Shown here one piece after another: positions 50,076 to 59,944 of a stretch of 64,000 bases of DNA; position 1 is the stretch's first letter, and each line of letters begins with the position of its first letter. Where the stretch lies: assembly GCA_038131365.1 (NCBI GenBank), contig JAYPPH010000006.1:120971-184970 (forward strand), written 5' to 3'. The position numbers and the translations under genes were made by a program. The notes below the pieces were generated by a model, which ran no database searches, had not been told where the DNA came from, and worked only from the letters and a program-made list of their open reading frames with translations. Source of the stretch: Candidatus Marisalimonas marina. Its GTDB lineage: Bacteria; Pseudomonadota; Alphaproteobacteria; Puniceispirillales; Marisalimonadaceae.

Positions 50076-51578
50076 CTATTCTAAGCCAAGCTTTTTGGAA
50101 AGGCCTATCCTTTGCATTTTACCAGTAGCACCCTTAGGAATTTCATTTAAGAAACATATGTGTTTAGGTATCTTAAAATCAGCCAAATGCATACGTGCAT
50201 AATTTTTTATTTCTGTATCAGTGCATTGAGCACCTGCTTTTAATACTATGGCAACGCCAATGGTTTCTCCAAGCATTTTGTCTTTAACGCCAAAAGTAAC
50301 AACTTGTTCAATAGATTCATGTTCCATTAAAACATTATCAATTTCTAGAGGAGATATTTTTTCTCCTCCTCTATTAATTATTTCTTTTAGTCTACCTGAT
50401 ATTTTCAAATAGCCATCACTATCAAAAAAACCTTGGTCACCAGTTCTAAACCATCCATTAATAAAAGATGATTTGTTTGCCTCCTCATTATTTTCATAAC
50501 CTTTAGTTACGTTATCTCCTTTAATGCAAACCTCGCCTTCAACCCCATTGGGTTGTATTTTGCCACTTGCATCCATTATACAAACTTCTGGACCAGCAGG
50601 TTTGCCAACAAAACCGGCTTTTTGTTGTTCAGGTGGTAAAGGATTAGATGTCATTTGATGGGTTGCTTCAGTCATGCCATAAGCTTCAATCACTGTAGTT
50701 TTAAAAACGTCTTTTAATTCTTCAAAAACCGCAGGTGGCAATGAAGCAGAAGATGACCTGATAAACCTAAGTGATAGACTTTCTGCCAGTGAAGTGTTTT
50801 TTTGAGCCCTTAATAGAATACCTTGGTGCATAGTAGGTACACCTGAATACCAAGTGATTTTTTCTTTTTTTGCATTTTCTAAAAATTTTAAAGCGTTAAA
50901 ACCGCTACTAGCATAAACAGAAGCCCCAGCAAAAATAGATGAACATAAAATAGCAATTAATCCATGAATATGAAAAAGAGGCATAACATTGTAGCAATGA
51001 TCTTCAGATGTTAATTTTAGAGATTTTGAAATATTAAAAGCAGAGGAGAAAATATTTTTATTAGTTAGTGGAACAACCTTTGGTCTTGATGTTGTTCCAG
51101 ATGTATGTAGTACTAAAGCCTCACCTTCTTCTTCTGAAAGTTCAAAACTTGAAACGGAATCATATAGATTAAAAATTCCTTTTGGTTCACCTAGAACCTG
51201 CTTAATTTCACAAATTTCAATATTTAATTTCTTAGCAGCTTCGACAACTGTATTTGTACTTCCTTTTTCAACTATTACTATTTTTGGTTTTAAATCTTCA
51301 AGATAAAATTCATATTCGCTAAGTTTATATGATGGGTTTAAGGGAGCAGCTGACATATAACTTGAAATAGCAAGGAAAGCTGTCGCCATTTCTGGTCCAT
51401 TAGGTAGAACTATTACTGCTCTATCATTATTGCTAATACCATTGGCAGCTAATTGCCCTGATATGTCATAAATATGTTTTTTAAGTGCTTCAAATGTTAT
51501 TTTTTCATTATTATCTGAGGTAATAGCAATGTGATTGTCTTGATTTTCATTGATTAGATTTCTAATAGTTTTAGTCAT
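50076..51578 (-). CDS. Acyl-CoA synthetase, oxalate-CoA ligase (AAE3/Pcs60/Oxs-like)
   Basis: LHTSGTTSRPK, MPLFHIHGL, LRFIRSSSASL, EAYGMTEATHQMTSNPL, WFRTGDQG, ELINRGGEKISP-like segment. Confidence 0.82.
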   Translation of the reverse strand: MTKTIRNLINENQDNHIAITSDNNEKITFEALKKHIYDISGQLAANGISNNDRAVIVLPNGPEMATAFLAISSYMSAAPLNPSYKLSEYEFYLEDLKPKIVIVEKGSTNTVVEAAKKLNIEICEIKQVLGEPKGIFNLYDSVSSFELSEEEGEALVLHTSGTTSRPKVVPLTNKNIFSSAFNISKSLKLTSEDHCYNVMPLFHIHGLIAILCSSIFAGASVYASSGFNALKFLENAKKEKITWYSGVPTMHQGILLRAQKNTSLAESLSLRFIRSSSASLPPAVFEELKDVFKTTVIEAYGMTEATHQMTSNPLPPEQQKAGFVGKPAGPEVCIMDASGKIQPNGVEGEVCIKGDNVTKGYENNEEANKSSFINGWFRTGDQGFFDSDGYLKISGRLKEIINRGGEKISPLEIDNVLMEHESIEQVVTFGVKDKMLGETIGVAIVLKAGAQCTDTEIKNYARMHLADFKIPKHICFLNEIPKGATGKMQRIGLSKKLGLE

Positions 51579-51706
51579 TTTAGATCTCCAATTATTTTTA
51601 TCAATTTAACAATTTAAATTTTTAAAGTGCAATCTAAATTTCTCTTGTGTTTATTTCATTTGTTGATATTAACGTGTTCTTCATTATCTATTTTCAACTA
51701 ACTTGA

Positions 51707-52549
51707 ATGAGCTTTATTTTGATAAATGATATTTTATTTCAAGATTTATTTATTTACTTTATTGGCTTATTAATAACAGGGGTTATAGGTGGACTTATAG
51801 CAGGGTTATTTGGAGTTGGTGGAGGAATTGTAATTGTTCCAATTTTATTTTGGATTTTTACGTCTTTGAATTTTCCAAATGAGATTCTAATGCATATGGC
51901 AATTGGATCGTCATTAGCCACAATTATACCTACATCAATTTCATCGGCTAGAGCGCATTATAAAAAAGGCTCAATTGACATAGAAATCATAAAAAAATGG
52001 TGTCCTGGAATATTTTTAGGTGCAATTATTGGAGGTCTTTCAGGTAAATACTTTAGTGTAAATGAATTGAAGTATCTTTTTGCGATTATTGCTTTTTTAG
52101 TAGCTTTAAATATGTTCTTAAAAGAACCTTTGAAGATTGCAAAAAATTTACCAATATCAAGATTAATAAATATTTCTATTTCTACCGTTATTGGTTTTGT
52201 CTCTTCTCTAATGGGTGTGGGAGCTGGTACTTTAGGTGTTCCAACATTAGTTGCTTTGTCAGTCCCTATACATAAATCAATAGGAACAGCCGCAGCCTTA
52301 GGATTATTCATTGCGGTACCTGCGACACTTGGATTAGCTTTTTCTGGCTTTAACGTTCCCAACAGACCGCCTATGAGTATAGGTTATGTAAATTTAATAG
52401 CTTTTTTTATTATGTTTCCTTTAACAGTTTTTTTTGCTCCAATTGGAGTCAAAATTGCACATCGAATTAATCAAAGGTTATTGAAAATAATATTTGGTAT
52501 TTTTCTAATTATTACATCATTCAAAATGTTGTTTACTATTTTGCTTTGA
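51707..52549 (+). CDS. TauE/SafE (TSUP) family membrane transporter
   Basis: AGLFGVGGGIVIVP, AIGSSLA, SSLMGVGAG, AP.GVKIAH; about 8 hydrophobic helices. Confidence 0.88.
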   Translation: MSFILINDILFQDLFIYFIGLLITGVIGGLIAGLFGVGGGIVIVPILFWIFTSLNFPNEILMHMAIGSSLATIIPTSISSARAHYKKGSIDIEIIKKWCPGIFLGAIIGGLSGKYFSVNELKYLFAIIAFLVALNMFLKEPLKIAKNLPISRLINISISTVIGFVSSLMGVGAGTLGVPTLVALSVPIHKSIGTAAALGLFIAVPATLGLAFSGFNVPNRPPMSIGYVNLIAFFIMFPLTVFFAPIGVKIAHRINQRLLKIIFGIFLIITSFKMLFTILL

Positions 52550-54040
52550 TAAAAATTGTCTTGCTGAGGGAGAAAATTGCTCATTTTGGCTATTATGTTC
52601 TATTTTTTTTGCCAAATTTTTACCAAGTTCTACACCCCACTGATCAAAACTATTTATATTCCATATAAAGCCTGATGCTATTGTAATATTTTCATAAAGA
52701 GCGATTAATCTTCCTATAGAATTAGGCGTAATTTTATCCCAACTGATAACAGTTGATGGTCTGCCGCCTGGAAAGTGTTTGTTTTTATTATTTTTATCCT
52801 CAGAGCCAATAGCTAGAGATTCAGCTTGAGCTATTGCATTTATCACAAGCGATTCATGATTTTTTTTTGCTTCTTGATGTGTAATCTCATTTGATGGGTT
52901 GCGGGGTAATAAAATATCTATTGGTATTATTTCTAACCCTTGATGCAGAAATTGAAAAAAACTATGTTGAGCGTTTGTTCCACATTCCCCCCAGATTAAA
53001 GGGCTTGCAGGCATTTCTAAATCTTTATTATTAATATCCACACTTTTGCCGTTACTTTCCATTTCTAGTTGTTGAGCCCAAGAAGGAAGAGTTTTTAACC
53101 TGTTACTATAAGGTACAATACAATGACTATTTCTATTAAGAAAATTACGGTTCCATATTCTTAGGAGTGCTAAAATTATTGGTATATTTCTTTCAATATC
53201 CTCATTAAAAAAATGATCATCTATTTCATTCGCACCATTTAAAAATTCTTTAAAATTATATTCACCAACACTAAAAATTATAGGTAATCCTACCGAAGAC
53301 CATAGCGAATATCTTCCTCCAATATTCTCTGAAAATGGAAAAATGTTTGCTTCTTTAAATCCCCACTCTATAGCTTTTGAAACAGAAGCAGTAACTGCAA
53401 TCATACAATCATTAATTAATATATTTGAATCTAAAAGCCATTTCTTTGCTAACTTTGCGTTAGCCATGGTTTCTTGTGTACTAAAGCTTTTGGAGGTAAT
53501 TATAAATAAAGTTTTATTTGGATTACATTTTTTTAAAATATCAAAAATATTACTTGGGTCTATGTTAGACACATAAAAAATTTCAGGACCTGTATGAAAA
53601 TCTTTAAGTGCCTCATTGATCATTAAAGGACCTAAGTCTGACCCCCCGATACCAATATTTACAAGATATTCAAACTTTTTCTGATTAAAACTTTTATTAA
53701 TGAAACTAGTTATTTTCTCCCATTCATTGGTATCTAATCTATTTTTTTTTCTTAGTTTGAAATGGTCAACTGACCTGTTTTCAGAAAAATTAATTTTTTC
53801 TCCCTTAGATAATTGTTTAATTTTTTCTAAAATATTAGATTGTTTTGCTAATGCTAATAGATCTTTTTTAATGTCATAATTTATAGGTTGTCTTGTGAAA
53901 TCTACCAAAAGGTCGCCAAAGCATAATTGAAAGTCTCTAGTCCTATTTTCTTCATAAATAAATTTGTTAAGATTATTAAAATTCTGATTTTTTACTTTTT
54001 CTCTAAGAATTTTTGTAATTGGATTGTCCGCTAATTGCAT
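52517..54040 (-). CDS. pgi: Glucose-6-phosphate isomerase
   Basis: NIGIGGSDLGP, SKSFSTQET, GGRYSLWS, QQLEMESNGK, QHSFFQ, FDQWGVELGK. Confidence 0.96.
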   Translation of the reverse strand: MQLADNPITKILREKVKNQNFNNLNKFIYEENRTRDFQLCFGDLLVDFTRQPINYDIKKDLLALAKQSNILEKIKQLSKGEKINFSENRSVDHFKLRKKNRLDTNEWEKITSFINKSFNQKKFEYLVNIGIGGSDLGPLMINEALKDFHTGPEIFYVSNIDPSNIFDILKKCNPNKTLFIITSKSFSTQETMANAKLAKKWLLDSNILINDCMIAVTASVSKAIEWGFKEANIFPFSENIGGRYSLWSSVGLPIIFSVGEYNFKEFLNGANEIDDHFFNEDIERNIPIILALLRIWNRNFLNRNSHCIVPYSNRLKTLPSWAQQLEMESNGKSVDINNKDLEMPASPLIWGECGTNAQHSFFQFLHQGLEIIPIDILLPRNPSNEITHQEAKKNHESLVINAIAQAESLAIGSEDKNNKNKHFPGGRPSTVISWDKITPNSIGRLIALYENITIASGFIWNINSFDQWGVELGKNLAKKIEHNSQNEQFSPSARQFLSKQNSKQHFE

Positions 54041-54123
54041 TTGTTTATAGATTTTCTTTCTTTAATTTGACATTAAAGTCCAAGTTACTTAAGGATCTTA
54101 ATTATAATTAATTGTGTATCATA

Positions 54124-54603
54124 ATGTTTACTAAATTCAGATTTAATTTTATTTATACTATAATTCTAATAACCTTCACTTCAACAAGTTTTGGTGAAAC
54201 TCTTAATTTTAAGAACTTAGTTATTAAAGATTTTTGGATTAAGCCTAGTATCGGAAATCATAAAATAACATCAGGTTATTTAATTATTCAGAATAATAGT
54301 AATTTCGATGAACGTTTGATTTCAGTAACATCAAACTTCTCAAAAAAGACTGAGTTACATCAAATGGATGTAAAAAATGATATAATGATAATGAAAAAAT
54401 TAGTTAAAGGACTGATTATTAAGGCAAAATCTGAAACTGTACTTAAACCAGGTGGTTATCATTTAATGTTTCTAAATTTAAATAATCCAGTAAAAATAAC
54501 AAATAGTTATAAGGTAAATTTATTTTTTGAGAATTCAGGTTCATTTGTAGTCAATATGCCAGTTTTGGATAAAAAATTAAAAAATAATGGTCATAAACAT
54601 TAA
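54124..54603 (+). CDS. Periplasmic copper chaperone PCu(A)C
   Basis: Signal peptide; ELH...M...LKPGGYHLM = H-X10-M-X21-HXM-type motif; C-terminal HKH. Confidence 0.88.
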   Translation: MFTKFRFNFIYTIILITFTSTSFGETLNFKNLVIKDFWIKPSIGNHKITSGYLIIQNNSNFDERLISVTSNFSKKTELHQMDVKNDIMIMKKLVKGLIIKAKSETVLKPGGYHLMFLNLNNPVKITNSYKVNLFFENSGSFVVNMPVLDKKLKNNGHKH

Positions 54604-54716
54604 TATTATTAAATAAATAATTTTTTAAAAAAGATAATTTCATCAAAAATATTTACTAAAAATCTAAAAAAAATAAAAATTTTTCTTTTTATTATCATAT
54701 TAACATTGATTAGAAG

Positions 54717-54758
54717 AAAATTTTCCTTTTAAAAGAATTTTTTTTAAAGGAGAATTTT
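54717..54758 (+). promoter_or_regulatory. Possible anti-Shine-Dalgarno hairpin in metY leader
   Basis: AAAAUUUUCCUUU (54717-54729) can pair with AAAGGAGAAUUUU (54746-54758): 13 bp, one G-U, ending at the ATG. Confidence 0.35.
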
Positions 54759-56057
54759 ATGACTAATTCAAAGCATCCAGAAACTATTAGTTTACATGCA
54801 GGCTGGAGAGCTGATGAAACTACGGGATCAGTCGCGGTCCCTATTCACCAGACTACAAGCTATCAATTCAAAAATACAGATCAAGCAGCAAACTTATTTT
54901 CATTAAGCGAATTGGGTAATATTTACACAAGGATAATGAATCCTACAAATGATATATTAGAGAAAAGAATTTCTGCATTAGAAGGCGGTGTTGCAGCCTT
55001 AGCTGTTTCTTCAGGGCAAACAGCAACAGCATTTGCTATTCAAAATCTTGCTAAGGCCGGTGATAATATTGTAAGTTCAACTGATCTATATGGTGGTACA
55101 TGGAACCTATTTTCAAATACTTTAAAGGATATGGGAATAGAGGTAAGGTTTGTTGATCCTTCAAATCCCAAGGCATTTGAAGAAGCCACAGATGATAGGA
55201 CTCGTGCTTATTATGCTGAAACTTTACCAAATCCAAAATTATCAGTTTTTCCTATTTCTGAAGTTAGTGCTATTGGAAAAAAGTATGGTATCCCTCTGAT
55301 TGTTGATAATACCGCTGCTCCAGTTATCTGTCAGCCAATAAAACATGGGGCTGCAATCGTTGTTTATTCTCTGACTAAATATATAGGTGGGCATGGAAAT
55401 TCTATTGGAGGATTAATTGTAGATAGTGGTAATTTTGACTGGGAATCTGCAGGAAAAGAGAGGCAACCAGCTTTAAATACTCCAGATCCATCTTATGGAG
55501 GAGCTGTTTGGGTTGATGCAGTTAAACCTTTAGGACCGATAGCTTATATTATTAAGGCAAGAGTTACGTTATTACGTGATTTAGGAGCAGCTTTGAGTCC
55601 TTTTAACGCATTTCTGATATTACAAGGATTGGAAACACTATCTTTAAGGATGAAAGCTCATTGTGAAAATGCATCTAAAGTTGCAAATTTTCTTGATAAC
55701 CATAATTTAATCGAGAAGGTTATTTATCCTGAATTACAAATTGGAAACTCTAAACTTTCAGCCGACAAACATTTAACTGGTGGATATGGAGGTATGTTAG
55801 GCTTTGAGTTGAAAGGTGGAGCAAGTGCTGGGAAAAAATTTATTGATGCATTAGAATTATTCTATCATGTTGCCAATATAGGGGACTCTAGAAGTCTAGC
55901 CATTCATCCAGCTACAACAACACATAGTCAATTGTCTGCTGAAGAACAGCTAAAGACAGGAGTTTCTGAATCCTACATTAGATTGTCCGTAGGGATTGAG
56001 CATATAGAAGATATTCTTAATGACTTAAAAAACGCGTTAGATAAATCTCAAGCATAA
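54759..56057 (+). CDS. metY: O-acetylhomoserine aminocarboxypropyltransferase (sulfhydrylase)
   Basis: PIHQTTSY, IYTRIMNPT, SSGQ, SLTKYIGGHG (PLP Lys), HVANIGDSRSLAIHPATTTH, IRLSVGIE. Confidence 0.9.
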   Translation: MTNSKHPETISLHAGWRADETTGSVAVPIHQTTSYQFKNTDQAANLFSLSELGNIYTRIMNPTNDILEKRISALEGGVAALAVSSGQTATAFAIQNLAKAGDNIVSSTDLYGGTWNLFSNTLKDMGIEVRFVDPSNPKAFEEATDDRTRAYYAETLPNPKLSVFPISEVSAIGKKYGIPLIVDNTAAPVICQPIKHGAAIVVYSLTKYIGGHGNSIGGLIVDSGNFDWESAGKERQPALNTPDPSYGGAVWVDAVKPLGPIAYIIKARVTLLRDLGAALSPFNAFLILQGLETLSLRMKAHCENASKVANFLDNHNLIEKVIYPELQIGNSKLSADKHLTGGYGGMLGFELKGGASAGKKFIDALELFYHVANIGDSRSLAIHPATTTHSQLSAEEQLKTGVSESYIRLSVGIEHIEDILNDLKNALDKSQA

Positions 56058-56081
56058 TTAATTTGATTAAAATATAATTTT

Positions 56082-56111
56082 AAAGAGCTAAGAAATTTCT
56101 TAGCTCTTTTT
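56082..56111 (+). terminator. Intrinsic terminator after metY
   Basis: Perfect 28-bp palindrome AAAGAGCTAAGAAATTTCTTAGCTCTTT followed by T residues. Confidence 0.8.
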
Positions 56112-56188
56112 ATTTAAGTTGGTAAATTTTATTTATTGTAGTAGTTATTCAACCTTTTAATATAAATTTTCTTTTAGAGGGTTGTTAA

Positions 56189-57193
56189 TTGCTTTTGAAT
56201 GAAAGATTTTCTGTGGCTCCAATGATGGAGTGGACAGACCTTCATTGTAGGTATTTTTTAAGACTCATTTCTAAGTATACAGTTCTTTATACGGAAATGA
56301 TTTCAGCTGATTCAGTAATTTTTGGACCACGTCAAAAATTATTAAATTTTAATGCTGAAGAATTACCATGCATTCTTCAACTTGGTGGAAGTAATCCTCA
56401 AAGATTAGCTCAAGCTGCTAGGTTTGGGCAAGATTATGGTTACTCACAAATTAACCTTAATATTGGCTGCCCTTCTAATAGAGTTCAAAATGGTTCTTTT
56501 GGAGCGTGTTTGATGAAGGATCCTAAATTGGTTGCCGATTGTGTCAAATCTATCCAAGATGATTGTCAAATACCTGTAACTATAAAATGTAGAATAGGTG
56601 TTGATCAAATGGATGAGGAAAAAGGTTTAGATGATTTTGTTGATGAGGTATCAGCCGAAAACGTTGATGTTTTTATAATACATGCACGTATAGCCATTCT
56701 AAATGGATTAACTCCAAAACAAAATAGAGAAATTCCTCCTTTAAAATATGAAAGAGTGGCTGCTTTAAAAAAAAGAAGACCAGATTTAAAAATAATTATT
56801 AATGGAGGAATTACCTCAATAACACAAGGCTTAGATCTTCAAAAAAGATATGGCTTAGACGGGTTTATGATTGGAAGAGAGGCTTATAAGAATCCATATA
56901 TTTTGAGTTCAGTTGATAAAGATGTTTTTAATAAAGAAATAAAAACTAAATCAAGATATCAAATAGCTATGCAAATGGCTGACTATATAGATCATTATAT
57001 GAAATATAAAGATGGAAACGTTCATTCTATAATAAGGCATATTTTGGGTTTGTATAACTCCTTACCAGGTGCTAAATACTGGAGACAGGAATTGAGTGAA
57101 AACGCAAGATTTGCAAAGAATGGTGATATTTTAAGATTTGCTACAGAAAATATTGAAAAGTTAATAAATAAAGAAAATTCAGTATTAGTTTAG
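56189..57193 (+). CDS. dusA: tRNA-dihydrouridine synthase A (TTG start)
   Basis: FSVAPMMEWTD, LYTEM, QLGGS, INLNIGCPSNRVQ, VTIKCRIG, HAR, INGGI, MIGREAY. Confidence 0.95.
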   Translation: MLLNERFSVAPMMEWTDLHCRYFLRLISKYTVLYTEMISADSVIFGPRQKLLNFNAEELPCILQLGGSNPQRLAQAARFGQDYGYSQINLNIGCPSNRVQNGSFGACLMKDPKLVADCVKSIQDDCQIPVTIKCRIGVDQMDEEKGLDDFVDEVSAENVDVFIIHARIAILNGLTPKQNREIPPLKYERVAALKKRRPDLKIIINGGITSITQGLDLQKRYGLDGFMIGREAYKNPYILSSVDKDVFNKEIKTKSRYQIAMQMADYIDHYMKYKDGNVHSIIRHILGLYNSLPGAKYWRQELSENARFAKNGDILRFATENIEKLINKENSVLV

Positions 57194-57203
57194 GAGTTTT
57201 GTA

Positions 57204-57761
57204 TTGGAAGAAGTAAATAAAAAAGAGGGGTATAGATCTATTCTAGAAATGGGGCCTCTATTGTTGTTTTTTGGAGTAAATTACTTTTATGGAATTATGG
57301 CAGGTACTGCAGTTCTGGTTATTAGTACCCTCCTTTCTCTAGGGCTTTCTTGGTATTGGTTTAAGAATATTCCTATGATGGCTGCTGCTGGGTGTGTAGC
57401 AGTTGTTCTTTTTGGAGGTTTAACAATATTTTTTGATGATGAGTTTTTTATAAAAATCAAACCAACTATTGTTTCAATAATTATAGCAGGTGTCTTAGCA
57501 TCTGGAAAAATTTTAGGAAGAAATCCTCTTGCAGCTATTATGAAGTCAGCTGTAAACTTAGACAATGAAGGATGGAATAAATTAACATGGCTCTGGGTAG
57601 GCATGTTCATAATTATGGCGGTTGCGAACGAAATAGCGTGGCGAAATTTAACAACCGACCAATGGGTTTCTTTTAAAGCTTTTGGTATCCCAATATTATC
57701 TTTAGGATTTGGGTTGTTATCTTTGCCAATAATGCAAAAACACCAAATAAAAAAGGACTAA
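57204..57761 (+). CDS. yciB: Intracellular septation protein A / YciB (TTG start)
   Basis: LEMGPL..FF, FIKIKPTI, GWNKLT..W, ANEIAWR, WVSFKAFG. Confidence 0.9.
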   Translation: MEEVNKKEGYRSILEMGPLLLFFGVNYFYGIMAGTAVLVISTLLSLGLSWYWFKNIPMMAAAGCVAVVLFGGLTIFFDDEFFIKIKPTIVSIIIAGVLASGKILGRNPLAAIMKSAVNLDNEGWNKLTWLWVGMFIIMAVANEIAWRNLTTDQWVSFKAFGIPILSLGFGLLSLPIMQKHQIKKD

Positions 57762-57762
57762 T

Positions 57763-58974
57763 TTACTTTTCTAATGTTTCAAGCTTCTTTATTAGTTCCA
57801 AAGATATTTTTGAATTTGGAGGTAGAGTAGCTATTAATTTATTCCAATATAGCTTTGCTGTGTTATTCTCGCCATTATTAAAAGCTTTAAGACCCTTAAA
57901 AAATAAAGCGTCAACGTTGTTTGGTTCTTTAATTAAAATGTCATCAATTAGTTTGTCTGTTTCTAGCGTAAATTTAGGTTTATCTTGAGGTGGTAACAAT
58001 TCTTTTAAAAGAGTTTGTTTCAAAATAATTGAGGGTTTAATCTCAATAGCTGTTCTAAGAGCTAACAATGCTTTATCATTCTCTTGTAGATATTTGTAAG
58101 AATTAAATAATCTTATCCAACCTTCAAAATCATCTTTTTCTTTGGTAAGCCTGCTTGCTAGTTGTTCAACCATTCCATAGATTCTTATTTTTTGTTCTTT
58201 TTCGGATAGATTTAAAATGTTTGTAGCAACGTCATTGTTAATATTTTTATTACTTTTAAGTTGAATATTTATCTCTTTTTGACTTATGCCTATATTTTTT
58301 GCTGCTGATTTTATATTTATTTCTAGATTTTTTTTCCAAGTATCATTTTTAATAGTGCTATTGTATAATTTTATCCATATTTTCAAAGCTTCATCTTCAT
58401 TTCCAATTTGAGATTGTCTTAGGCCGTTTAAAAAATTTGCTCCGGGATCTAATGGATTTTCGATTAGGACCTCATCAACAAGTTTTTTAGCTTTAGTTGT
58501 TACCTGGCCATTAGCTTTTCTTACAATAGCTTGTGCAAGCAATGATTTAATTTTTGGTGATGAATTGATTGAATTTAGTTTTGTCAAAGAAGCGATCTCA
58601 GCTTCAATTTTATTAACTTTGGAGGCAACCTCAGCTAATTTTAAAAGTATTTGAATATTATTAGGTTCTTTTTTTAACGCTATATTTAATTCATTAAATT
58701 TTTGTAAGTTTTTGTCAAAATTTTTATTTTTTTGTGCCTCAGTTTCTTTGAGTTTATCTCTCTGTGAATATAATTCTTTTATATTTATAAATGGGTTACC
58801 GACATAGTTGTATATTAGGGAACTAAGTGTGAATAAAAATAATACAATAAATATAAAAGTAATATTTTGTATTTTATAAATTGATTTTCTTTCATTAGAA
58901 AGTTTGATGATATCGTTTTTAAAAACATATAAGATACTAATAAAGCTTATGATTAAAATTATAAGAAATATCAT
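57763..58974 (-). CDS. ccmI: c-type cytochrome biogenesis protein CcmI/CycH (TPR)
   Basis: N-terminal TM pair, Y..VGNP, TPR repeats, MVEQLASRL....DD.EGW..L..SY; last gene of the ccm operon. Confidence 0.8.
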   Translation of the reverse strand: MIFLIILIISFISILYVFKNDIIKLSNERKSIYKIQNITFIFIVLFLFTLSSLIYNYVGNPFINIKELYSQRDKLKETEAQKNKNFDKNLQKFNELNIALKKEPNNIQILLKLAEVASKVNKIEAEIASLTKLNSINSSPKIKSLLAQAIVRKANGQVTTKAKKLVDEVLIENPLDPGANFLNGLRQSQIGNEDEALKIWIKLYNSTIKNDTWKKNLEINIKSAAKNIGISQKEINIQLKSNKNINNDVATNILNLSEKEQKIRIYGMVEQLASRLTKEKDDFEGWIRLFNSYKYLQENDKALLALRTAIEIKPSIILKQTLLKELLPPQDKPKFTLETDKLIDDILIKEPNNVDALFFKGLKAFNNGENNTAKLYWNKLIATLPPNSKISLELIKKLETLEK

Positions 58975-58997
58975 TATTAGATCTTTTCAATTAAAAT

Positions 58998-59384
58998 TTA
59001 TTTTTTAAAAAATTTAGTTATATAAACTGTACTGAATACTAGAATAATAAAAGGTAAAAACCATAACAAAATAGTATTTTTATTTAGAGGTGGTTTTAGT
59101 AAAATATAATCACCATATCTGTCTCTTAGAAATTTATAAACATCATTTTCATTAAGACCTGCTTCTAATTTTTCTTTAATTAATTTTTTTAAATCTTTAG
59201 CTAATTCTGAGTTAGATTCATCTATACTTTGGTTTTGACATACTAAACATTTAATATTTTGAGCTATTTCTCTTGTTTTATTTATAATTGAGTTAGTCTT
59301 GAAATCATTTTCATTTGCCAAGGCTAAATGAGAGATAATAATTAGAAAAAATGATATTAAAGATAAATTGATGTATATTTTCAT
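58998..59384 (-). CDS. ccmH: Cytochrome c biogenesis protein CcmH
   Basis: IKCLVCQNQSIDESN, RYGDYILLKPP. Confidence 0.93.
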   Translation of the reverse strand: MKIYINLSLISFFLIIISHLALANENDFKTNSIINKTREIAQNIKCLVCQNQSIDESNSELAKDLKKLIKEKLEAGLNENDVYKFLRDRYGDYILLKPPLNKNTILLWFLPFIILVFSTVYITKFFKK

Positions 59385-59944
59385 TTTTTATTACTTTTTA
59401 TTATAGGTAACACTTCGGAGTTAAAGGTATTATATAAAAGTGGTCCTGCATGCCGATAAATGATTTCACCTTTTTCGTTTATTAAAAACGTTTCAGGCAC
59501 TCCATATACTCCCCATTCTATAGCTACTTTGCCGGAATCATCTATGCCAATTTGGTCATAAGGATTTCCAAACTCTTCAAAGAACTTTTTTGTATCAATT
59601 GGTTTATCTTTATAGGCAATTCCAACTATAGGAATAATCTTTGATAAATCTTCAATAATAGGTGCTTCTATCCTACAAGGAGCACACCAAGAGGCAAAAA
59701 AATTTACTGCAAAAACTTTGTTTTTATATTTTTCAAACTTCAATTCTTCATCATTAGTAATAAGGTTATTATCAGCATGTTGAATTATGATATTAGGAAT
59801 TTTATTGCCAATTAATTGAGATTTTAAAATATTTTGTTTTGCAGGGTTTTGTTTTAGTTCGTAAAGAAAAAAGCAAAATATTATAACTATGAATGAAAAT
59901 ATAATAAGTGGGAGAAATCTGAAAACAAAAGACCTAGTTTTCAT
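59381..59944 (-). CDS. ccmG: Thiol:disulfide interchange protein CcmG/DsbE
   Basis: NFFASWCAPCRIE, AYKD, FGNPY, WGVYGVPETF. Confidence 0.93.
   Translation of the reverse strand: MKTRSFVFRFLPLIIFSFIVIIFCFFLYELKQNPAKQNILKSQLIGNKIPNIIIQHADNNLITNDEELKFEKYKNKVFAVNFFASWCAPCRIEAPIIEDLSKIIPIVGIAYKDKPIDTKKFFEEFGNPYDQIGIDDSGKVAIEWGVYGVPETFLINEKGEIIYRHAGPLLYNTFNSEVLPIIKSNKK

Noticed and set aside
54604-54758. SAM-II/SAM-V riboswitch expected upstream of metY
   Set aside because: Leader is almost all A/T and lacks the conserved GC-containing pseudoknot segments.
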